The position numbers were made by a program, and so were the translations under genes. 32,000 nt of DNA from the NCBI RefSeq assembly GCF_025273655.1, contig NZ_CP045921.1, forward strand, positions 990,001 to 1,022,000, given 5' to 3'. The notes under the pieces were generated by a model. That model did not search any database. It was not told where the DNA came from and saw only the letters and a program-made list of their open reading frames with translations. How positions within the stretch are numbered: position 1 is the stretch's first letter; every line of letters starts with the position of its first letter. The DNA comes from Candidatus Saccharimonadota bacterium. GTDB taxonomy: Bacteria; Patescibacteriota; Saccharimonadia; Saccharimonadales; Saccharimonadaceae. Of the stretch, positions 24,745 to 32,000 are shown piece by piece.

Positions 24745-27700
24745 TTAGTTTTCGTCAATGTCCTTCGCGTAAAGTGATGGGTAGGATGCCTTAAGTTTAT
24801 CGAGAACTGTTTTTGCTTCGCCTGTTTTAATTTGTCTTAAGATATCGTAGTGCAATTGAGGCTTGAACATCGGTTGGTAGCCTTCAGGGTATGACAAGAT
24901 GATCCTTAGCATCTCTAGGTATTTCTCATCACCAGCAAGTTCTTTGGCGGTAATAAGGAAGTCATCATTATAATGGTGGCTCCACCATGATGACCTCTCA
25001 AGCGTTTTATAATTCTCACTAATCCATGCTTGTTCGTTACGCGTTATTTTCTCCCATAATCGTAAGCTTTGTTCGGGACGTTCTTTGATTCGATCGTTTA
25101 CGAAGTAGGCAGCTCTGTTAAATGCTTCTCTAGTGTATCGGTCTGCAATCTTGTCTAGGTACTCAAAGGATAGATCAATATCCTCTTCGTAGTTACTGCC
25201 TTTCTTGGGGAGCGTCCAGAAGAACCATCCTATATGAGTCCTCGCCTCGTCGTTATCACTTTCAATTATCATGTTTAGCAGATCTTTAAATGGTTGATCG
25301 TCAAAGTTGTTAACTTTCTGGTACATATCTTCGCCAAAAAGCTTCTTAAAAGATTCATCAGTGAAAAAGTTTTTTCTAAAAAGAGCAAAAGAAATTAAAA
25401 GCGTGTATATATCATCCGTCTTCGCCTTATTGTCAATTAGCCCATATTGTTTGAAAACATGCATTGCCTGTTCTGTGGTCATGGTTCTAAAGCGGTGCAA
25501 GACTGCTTCTAAGTGGTGAAGTATGACCTTGTTATCGTATTTGTCGACTAATTCAAGTGATAGATTCTCGATATGATCGGAAAGCTCACGGGGTATGAAT
25601 CTCTTATCAGTTTTTGGCAGTACCGAGTGTCTGTTCTGCATTAGCGATGTCAATGGAATCATTCCTTGAGTAACAACGTATAGATTCTCGTCTTTGACTA
25701 GCTTCTCGGTCATTTGTGCAACTTCTTCTAGATGATCCTTACCTCGCATCGAAATTAGCGACGACAGGATCCATGCCACCCAACCCCGTACAGTTGTTAT
25801 GATTCTTGGATCCTCTTCACCGTTAAGAATCTTGAGATGATAGTTAGACTGGCCTTTTGGATCGTCAGGATCATTCTCAAGCTTGGGGTGCGAATCATTG
25901 ATAAATATACGTGCAATCTCTAGCGCTTCGTTAACAAATCCTTGCTTTGCTAAATGTTCACCAAACTGAACTGCAAGCTGTCGAGGGTAGTGCTCTGTGA
26001 GTCGTGCCTCAATACGGGAATTGTCGCCGCCCAACTCATCGTAGAGAACTGGTCGTACGAAATCCTGATATAACTTACCTATGAGCGCTTTGTTATCCTT
26101 GTCAACTTGTTCAATGCTTAGCCAGATTGCTGTTTGCTGGTTGCTGGTCAAAACATCCGATTTATTGATATCACGAAGTATCTTTAGCCCCGAATCATAA
26201 TCTCGCTCGATAACCTGTGCGATGGTTCGGCTAATATCGTACGAGTCAAACGAACCAAGTTCATGAGTGAATTCCTTGGTCTTAAGATAACTATTCAATA
26301 CTTCCACGCCTGTTTCAAATAGCTTAGTCGTCGGATCAGATGAAAGTAGTTGTATCATAATGCGGCCCACGTAGAAGCTGTGCCATACTTGTCGTTTACG
26401 GTATTCGGGGTTGTCCATCCATGAAACGATTGCTGAAAGTGCACGTTCATCGCCATCAAGAGCGAGCGAGGAGACGATCTGCTCAACAAACACGCTATAT
26501 GGTAGGGTGTATTTTTTTAGGAAAATATTTATTAATGACCATTTTTTATCATTAGATAAATCAGGATTTTTATCTCGTAGCATTTGAAAAATAAGTTCGT
26601 GCTTTGATGGAATTCCCTTTCGGGCAATGACTTGATTCTTCAGTATTTTTAACGCATCATCACTATGTTCACCGTCACTATACTCTTGCAGAACTATATG
26701 TAATGCAGCTCGATTCAAAAAATCAGGTCTATCTACTGATACATTTGAATCTTTTGAAATAAATCTTTCATTAACTAATTTCCAGGCCGATGTCTTATCG
26801 AAAGCATAATGTTCTTTCAAGGCGGGCTCGAGGACATGTTGAATATAGTGTCTGTCATTTAAGGTGAATTGATCCCCAGATTGGCTGACGCCCCCGCCCA
26901 TACCATCCCAACCATTATATGATCCACCGTAAATCTTAGCGTTTTGATACTGACCGACAATTATGTCGATTACTTCTTCAATCCTGTTGATGAAGTCGGC
27001 TGCGAGATACTTATATAAAATATTAAAAATCGGAGATGGGGTATATATATCATATTCACCGTCATCATCGATGAGATTAAAGTAAAGTGACACTAGCTCA
27101 ATAGATCTACCAATATATTCCTGATTTTTGGTTGCTTGGAAGTAATCAAATGTAAGCACTAGTAGCTTTGCTATTTCTACTTTTTCTTGTCGATCACTCC
27201 TATCATCAAGCTCGGTGTAGTCCACTCGTTTGTCCTTAAGGAATGCGTCGATGAAGTCATAAACCTGAGGCGAAAGATCAGAGTGCTCCTTTAGAATCAT
27301 TTCCATTGTTTGCATAGCGAACTCTGCCCGAAAATCATCGAATGCCGGATTAGTAAAAGCATCCGTATGACTAGCGAAGAGCCCTATTGTGTAGGCTGCA
27401 TTTTCTCGATCCTTTATATGATCTTTAAAATCGTAAACTACGCGGAACGAGTATTGTCGATCTATGATTTTTGACCATACGATATCCCAGTCAGCAAGCT
27501 TCAGTCCCTTCTGGCTAAATATCTCCTGGATAACAAAGTACATAAGGTCAGGCTGAATAGTCCACGCGCTAATATTTCGCTTAATTTGGTTCTCATCGTG
27601 GTTTTTTATATGTGTCAGAATACTTTTAAATTGTTGCGGGATGTCCGTCTGTCGTCTGTCGTATTCGACATTTTTATCTAGCTCGTTATCGTAGTAGTTA

Positions 27701-28305
27701 TCAACGTCATCACTTAATTGCTGTCTAGTGAACTTCTCGCCCTTGGTTGCTTTCCTGAAAAAGCTACTCATAACAATTGAATCAAGCCATCTCTCGACAT
27801 CTGCACGTGGGAGCCACGCACCAGCCAGCTTAGGGTGGTTATAGAAATACGCTAATGACTCCTCGTATAAGAACTCTGCCGATTCGGGCTTAAAGAATGA
27901 GACTCTAGGCAGTAATTCAATTTCTTTTGCAGAGTAACCTTTTTGTGTGAACCAAGCTTCATGATCCGTGTACCAGCGCAGGTGCTTTATCCGCTCTTCC
28001 AGATCGTTACTTACGGATGGACAAACAATAAGTATTTCATCTTTTTCACTAAGATCATCTGGGCTCTCGGTAATGTTTTTCAATATTTTAAGTAAATTAC
28101 TTGTCGTGAAGGCACGTGCATAGTACTTCGATTCACATACTATCTTTTTACCGTCTACGTAAACGAGAGTAAAGTCTTCCCAATTTTTATCCTCAAGGAT
28201 AATTGAATCAAAAGAAGCCTCTCGTGATCGCATAAGAAATAGTAAAACCGCAGACCACGTCTGGTAATCGAGCCCTTTGAAATTATTCATGCCCGCAGTA
28301 CTCAT
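24745..28305 (-). CDS. Giant (1186 aa) protein: N-terminal Cap4/DUF4297-like PD-(D/E)xK nuclease head plus about 1100 aa of helical repeats (cassette gene 2)
   Basis: The N-terminus FKGLDYQTWSAVLLFLMRS...IILEDKNWEDFTLVYVDGKKIVCESKYY fits the DUF4297 pattern (G.xYQ helix, acidic E/D cluster, then ExK/QxK). The remainder is helix-rich. I found no GxxxxGK[ST] Walker A motif. The start ATGA overlaps the upstream gene. Confidence 0.8.
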   Translation of the reverse strand: MSTAGMNNFKGLDYQTWSAVLLFLMRSREASFDSIILEDKNWEDFTLVYVDGKKIVCESKYYARAFTTSNLLKILKNITESPDDLSEKDEILIVCPSVSNDLEERIKHLRWYTDHEAWFTQKGYSAKEIELLPRVSFFKPESAEFLYEESLAYFYNHPKLAGAWLPRADVERWLDSIVMSSFFRKATKGEKFTRQQLSDDVDNYYDNELDKNVEYDRRQTDIPQQFKSILTHIKNHDENQIKRNISAWTIQPDLMYFVIQEIFSQKGLKLADWDIVWSKIIDRQYSFRVVYDFKDHIKDRENAAYTIGLFASHTDAFTNPAFDDFRAEFAMQTMEMILKEHSDLSPQVYDFIDAFLKDKRVDYTELDDRSDRQEKVEIAKLLVLTFDYFQATKNQEYIGRSIELVSLYFNLIDDDGEYDIYTPSPIFNILYKYLAADFINRIEEVIDIIVGQYQNAKIYGGSYNGWDGMGGGVSQSGDQFTLNDRHYIQHVLEPALKEHYAFDKTSAWKLVNERFISKDSNVSVDRPDFLNRAALHIVLQEYSDGEHSDDALKILKNQVIARKGIPSKHELIFQMLRDKNPDLSNDKKWSLINIFLKKYTLPYSVFVEQIVSSLALDGDERALSAIVSWMDNPEYRKRQVWHSFYVGRIMIQLLSSDPTTKLFETGVEVLNSYLKTKEFTHELGSFDSYDISRTIAQVIERDYDSGLKILRDINKSDVLTSNQQTAIWLSIEQVDKDNKALIGKLYQDFVRPVLYDELGGDNSRIEARLTEHYPRQLAVQFGEHLAKQGFVNEALEIARIFINDSHPKLENDPDDPKGQSNYHLKILNGEEDPRIITTVRGWVAWILSSLISMRGKDHLEEVAQMTEKLVKDENLYVVTQGMIPLTSLMQNRHSVLPKTDKRFIPRELSDHIENLSLELVDKYDNKVILHHLEAVLHRFRTMTTEQAMHVFKQYGLIDNKAKTDDIYTLLISFALFRKNFFTDESFKKLFGEDMYQKVNNFDDQPFKDLLNMIIESDNDEARTHIGWFFWTLPKKGSNYEEDIDLSFEYLDKIADRYTREAFNRAAYFVNDRIKERPEQSLRLWEKITRNEQAWISENYKTLERSSWWSHHYNDDFLITAKELAGDEKYLEMLRIILSYPEGYQPMFKPQLHYDILRQIKTGEAKTVLDKLKASYPSLYAKDIDEN

Positions 28306-29195
28306 GACACCTCACCACCCTCAGTTTGGGTTGTTTCAGCAGGGATGGCTACACCCTCGTACACATTCATTAATTGCTCAATATCATTACATGCAAGTTC
28401 GAGACTACCTCCTGAACCAGGAGATATACCTTCAGTTTGAAGCTTGTATCTTGCGTAATAGTTGATCATTGCACTACGAAATTCATCGATTAGACTTTCT
28501 TGGGTTCCAGCTTTTGACTGAATAATGCTTAGTAGTTCATGGATTAGCATATCTTCGGGAAATGCAATTGGATTAGGAAAGCTTATTGGCAGATTCCTAG
28601 CGACCCGTCGTACCTTTTCCCGTACGTTATCCTTTATGTCACTATCTGGGTCTCCTGCGATAACAGTAAGTGGTGAACCTTCTTCAAAAACTATAGCCCT
28701 AATAGATGTATGGAGATCGTCATCGCTGTCGTAACAGTCACTTGAAAGCTTGTCTTTAAAATACTGCAGCGCACTCTGGGCATCTTCGGTCGATAGCGTA
28801 GTGTAATGATGAAGTCTTTGTGCGTGGTCTCTGAAATTTCTGACAGCAACTGCCCTATCTTTGCTAATAATGACAGTACTTTTGTCATTAATGCTAAGCA
28901 CTGAATTCTTTCTAAGCTTTGCATAATCTGCGACCGTTTCGAATACTAGGCCTGTCTTCTCTTTAAAGTATTGACCAGTCTTGACTTCATAAACCTCTTG
29001 CGTCGGTACTCCAGAATTATCGATGAGTTCTACTAAAAGATCGTAGGATTTCTTGTTAGTTGAGTCGTACTCAAAATCAACAAAGAACTTTTCCATTTTT
29101 CTTTTTGCCTCATAGTTACTCAAGAAAACGAGAATGGCATAGAGGTCTTGGTAATAAAAGCCTATCCGAGTGCTACGTATCGCAGTGCTAGGCAT
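28302..29195 (-). CDS. 297-aa protein with Cap4/DUF4297-like PD-(D/E)xK nuclease head (cassette gene 1)
   Basis: The N-terminus is TRIGFYYQDLYAILVFLSNY...FFVDFEYDS...YDLLVELID...QEVYEVKTGQ. It shows the same G.xYQ ... acidic ... E-x-K arrangement as the first 65 aa of the 1186-aa protein. It starts 9 nt after the hsdR stop. Confidence 0.75.
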   Translation of the reverse strand: MPSTAIRSTRIGFYYQDLYAILVFLSNYEAKRKMEKFFVDFEYDSTNKKSYDLLVELIDNSGVPTQEVYEVKTGQYFKEKTGLVFETVADYAKLRKNSVLSINDKSTVIISKDRAVAVRNFRDHAQRLHHYTTLSTEDAQSALQYFKDKLSSDCYDSDDDLHTSIRAIVFEEGSPLTVIAGDPDSDIKDNVREKVRRVARNLPISFPNPIAFPEDMLIHELLSIIQSKAGTQESLIDEFRSAMINYYARYKLQTEGISPGSGGSLELACNDIEQLMNVYEGVAIPAETTQTEGGEVS

Positions 29196-29204
29196 AATTT
29201 TAGC

Positions 29205-32000
29205 CTACTCTCCCAATCTGCCGTTCGAAATGTCGAAGAACTTATTGAAGAACGATGCTAATTTATCTAACACTGTTTCTCGCTTCTTGCCACGACTTTG
29301 GTCTGGGCTGAAACGAGAGACAGGGGGCATGATTTTTGTGATAGCAGTACCGCTCGTTTGTACACCGCCGTCACGGAATGCCCTTTCAATAAACTTGTAG
29401 GTTTCTTCACGGTCAAGATTTTCCTCAGAGATAATTCGATCAAGCTCTTCTATCTTCTTGGAATTCACGAATGACTGCCAGTCGTCATCAACGGATGAGT
29501 CAACATTAATACTGCTGATGAATTGTTCGATAAGTTCCTTCTTGTTCCGAAGCTCGATGCTTGAATCAATAGCTTTGTTAATATCAACAAGCAGTTCCTT
29601 ATCCTCTTGGTTACTTGCATGATATTTGCGGATGAGTTCAAGGATGTAATCAATATTTATCTCGACTTGTTTGATGAGCTCCATTTCAAATACGATGTCA
29701 TCGTTGATATTTTCTTTGTCACTCTCATTAACTTTGCGGAACTCATCGTAAAAGTTAATGTACATGCTGTGGTAATCCTGCACATCACGCTCAGATAGGA
29801 TCTCGTTACCCGTAAAGTCATCGAATGTAGAGAGAATGTTGCGCACCTTTAGGATTGCACCATAGAGTTTAATGAAATCCTTTTTATTCTGCTCACCGAT
29901 TATAGGCTGGCCAACTGGGAATCGTTCAATCAACTCATTAACAAGCTCGGCATATCCGCGCACCTGCTTACCTTCTGCTTCATAACCGTCGTAATACTCA
30001 CGGAATGACTTGAGTAGTACGATTCCGCTAGCTTCTTTATCACCAAAGAGCGACAGAGAATCATTGGTGGCCTTCTCTAGGTTACGGAAAGTAACAATGT
30101 TGCCAAATGTCTTAATTGAATTTAGAATTCGGTTGGTTCGTGAATAGGCCTGGAGTAGCCCATGCATTCGCAAGTTCTTGTCTATCCAGAGTGTATTTAA
30201 AGTTGTGGCATCAAAGCCTGTCAGGAACATGTTCACTACAATGAGCAGATCAATCTCGCGGTTCTTCATACGCAAACTGACATCTTTGTAGTAATTCTGG
30301 AACTTATCGGATGATGTATCGTAGTTTGTACCGAACATTTGGTTGTAATCTTTTATCGCAGCTTCGAGGAAGTCGCGTGAGTTTTTGTCTAGACCATCTG
30401 TATTGTCGGAGTTTTCGTCCTCGAGCCCATCCATTTCATCATCGACTTCATTAGCACCGTAACTGAATATCGTGGCTATCTTTAATTTCTTTAACTCTGG
30501 TACATCTGCTTGTTGCTTGTTGAACTCTGTATAGTACAGCTTTGCAACATCGATAGAGCTGACGGCAAATATGGAGTTAAACCCGCTTAGTCGAATCTTT
30601 TGCTTGATTTCTTCAACGGCCGAACGGTCTTTTGCCGATGCGGCTTCATGGACGCTTGCTAAAGCGGTGAATGCGTACGGCTTACTGTTGCGCTTAGTCT
30701 TTTGATCAAAGTGATCACGAATATATTGTGTGACATTTGAGATGCGTTCCGGCGCAGCCAAGGCTTTTTCGCGGTCAATGTCACGTACCTGTGAGTCATC
30801 GACATCGTCAGCCTCTTTTATGGTTCGGATGTAGTCAATGCGAAAAGGCAGTACGTTTTTGTCAGTGATAGCATCGACTATCGTGTACGTATGTAGCTTT
30901 TCGCCAAAGGCCTGTTCGGTCGTTTTTAGATCAACACGACCACCACTAGAAGAGTTTTTAGCGAAGATAGGGGTACCCGTAAAACCAAAGAGGTGGTAGT
31001 TTTTGAAGCTGGTTGTGACTGCGTGGTGCATATCTCCGAACTGTGATCGGTGACACTCATCAAAGATGATTATGACGTGACCATCAAATACTTTGTGTCC
31101 TTCGTTCTTCTTTATGAACTTATCTAGTTTTTGAATGGTTGTGATTATGATTCTAGCATTGTCGTTTTCAAGTTGTTTGGTAAGTTTGGCAGTGCTCGTA
31201 TTGCTATTAGCCGCGCCTTTCTCAAACTTGTCATACTCCTTCATGGTTTGATAGTCGAGGTCTTTACGGTCGACAACGAATAGTACTTTATCTACGGATG
31301 ATAATTTACTGGCAAGTTGAGCTGTCTTGAAGCTAGTCAACGTTTTGCCCGATCCAGTGGTATGCCAAATGTATCCGCCAGCTTCGATGGTGCCTAGTTT
31401 TTTATAGTTCGTTGAAACTTCAACCCGATTCAATATTCGCTCAGTTGCAACGATCTGGTAGGGTCGCATTGCAAGCAGTAATCGGTCGCTGGTAAACACG
31501 CAGTATTTTGTTAGGACGTTTAAGATCGCATGTTTAGCAAAGAACGTCTGACCAAAGTCCATAAGATCAAAAATAGGCTTGTTATTTGCATCTGCCCACC
31601 AGCTCGTAAACTCAAAACTGTTGCTGGTTTTCTTTGTTCGTTTAGCACGAGTCTCACTAGCCTCTTTGATGTGCTGGAACCGTGTAGTGTTGCTGTAGTA
31701 TTTTGTGTACGTTCCGTTGCTGATAACAAATAGCTGTACATATTCGTATAGTCCACTATCCGCCCAGAAGCTATCACGCTGATAACGGTTAATCTGATTG
31801 AAGGCTTCTTGCAGAGCCACACCTCGACGCTTCAGCTCAACATGCACGAGTGGCAAGCCATTTACGAGAATCGTGACATCATAGCGGTTAGCCCGTGCAC
31901 CGTCCACTTCGTATTGGTTAATTACTTGGAGGCTATTATTGTGAATGTTTTTCTTATCTATAAGATATATATTGCGCTTGAATTGACCGTGTTCGTCGTA
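29205..32000 (-). CDS. hsdR: Type I restriction enzyme R subunit (helicase-nuclease), N-terminus beyond the window
   Basis: The nuclease region is DVTILVNGLPLVHVELKRRG. SF2 helicase motifs are HTTGSGKTLTSF (motif I), IIFDECHRSQ (motif II, DEAH-like) and FGFTGTP (motif III), with QAYSRTNR also present. The C-terminal module resembles the EcoR124-type HsdR C-terminus. The reading frame stays open to base 32000 (...YDEHGQFKRNIYLIDKKNIHNNSLQVINQYEVDGARANRYD), so the GTG at 31907 in the track is internal. Confidence 0.93.
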   Translation of the reverse strand, partial: YDEHGQFKRNIYLIDKKNIHNNSLQVINQYEVDGARANRYDVTILVNGLPLVHVELKRRGVALQEAFNQINRYQRDSFWADSGLYEYVQLFVISNGTYTKYYSNTTRFQHIKEASETRAKRTKKTSNSFEFTSWWADANNKPIFDLMDFGQTFFAKHAILNVLTKYCVFTSDRLLLAMRPYQIVATERILNRVEVSTNYKKLGTIEAGGYIWHTTGSGKTLTSFKTAQLASKLSSVDKVLFVVDRKDLDYQTMKEYDKFEKGAANSNTSTAKLTKQLENDNARIIITTIQKLDKFIKKNEGHKVFDGHVIIIFDECHRSQFGDMHHAVTTSFKNYHLFGFTGTPIFAKNSSSGGRVDLKTTEQAFGEKLHTYTIVDAITDKNVLPFRIDYIRTIKEADDVDDSQVRDIDREKALAAPERISNVTQYIRDHFDQKTKRNSKPYAFTALASVHEAASAKDRSAVEEIKQKIRLSGFNSIFAVSSIDVAKLYYTEFNKQQADVPELKKLKIATIFSYGANEVDDEMDGLEDENSDNTDGLDKNSRDFLEAAIKDYNQMFGTNYDTSSDKFQNYYKDVSLRMKNREIDLLIVVNMFLTGFDATTLNTLWIDKNLRMHGLLQAYSRTNRILNSIKTFGNIVTFRNLEKATNDSLSLFGDKEASGIVLLKSFREYYDGYEAEGKQVRGYAELVNELIERFPVGQPIIGEQNKKDFIKLYGAILKVRNILSTFDDFTGNEILSERDVQDYHSMYINFYDEFRKVNESDKENINDDIVFEMELIKQVEINIDYILELIRKYHASNQEDKELLVDINKAIDSSIELRNKKELIEQFISSINVDSSVDDDWQSFVNSKKIEELDRIISEENLDREETYKFIERAFRDGGVQTSGTAITKIMPPVSRFSPDQSRGKKRETVLDKLASFFNKFFDISNGRLGE

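Noticed and set aside
22410-29195. I searched the cassette ORFs for hsdM or hsdS.
   Set aside because: I found no NPP[FYW] methyltransferase motif, no SAM-binding FxGxG loop and no duplicated target-recognition-domain architecture. The cassette genes are not the missing M and S subunits.

Overview
The window reads like a chromosome segment from a small-genome monoderm bacterium. I infer a Patescibacteria/CPR (Saccharibacteria-like) origin from the divergent F1-ATPase subunits, the many signal-peptide or TM-anchored surface proteins, and standard use of TGA as a stop; this cannot be proven from the sequence alone.

Layout:
- 1-1.9 kb: housekeeping genes (a YihY-like fragment, CorA, a TylF-like methyltransferase).
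- 1.9-10.2 kb: a seven-gene minus-strand locus of secreted or anchored surface proteins. It holds four paralogous beta-rich secreted proteins, two paralogous proteins with a signal peptide and a C-terminal TM anchor, and one PKD/Ig anchored protein. The architecture recalls Firmicute WxL/Csc loci or chaperone-type fibre loci.
- 10.3-11.3 kb: a membrane-anchored beta-helix protein.
- 11.3-16.8 kb: translationally coupled F1 ATP-synthase genes (delta, alpha, gamma, beta, epsilon) preceded by a TM-less Gln-rich coiled-coil protein. No a or c subunit genes are present.
- 16.8-21.5 kb: further membrane and surface proteins, including a 724-aa Gly-rich beta-helix adhesin.
- 21.5-21.9 kb: a structured non-coding boundary.
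- 21.9-32 kb: a visibly AT-richer block. It carries a CIRCE-controlled hsp20, then a tightly coupled four-gene cassette (482, 288, 1186 and 297 aa) directly downstream of a type I restriction R subunit (hsdR, truncated by the window edge).

The cassette is my best candidate for an undescribed anti-phage system. Two of its proteins begin with Cap4/DUF4297-like PD-(D/E)xK nuclease heads, one has a giant helical body with no NTPase motif, and one has a double zinc ribbon. No rRNA, tRNA, CRISPR array, transposase or integrase was recognised.
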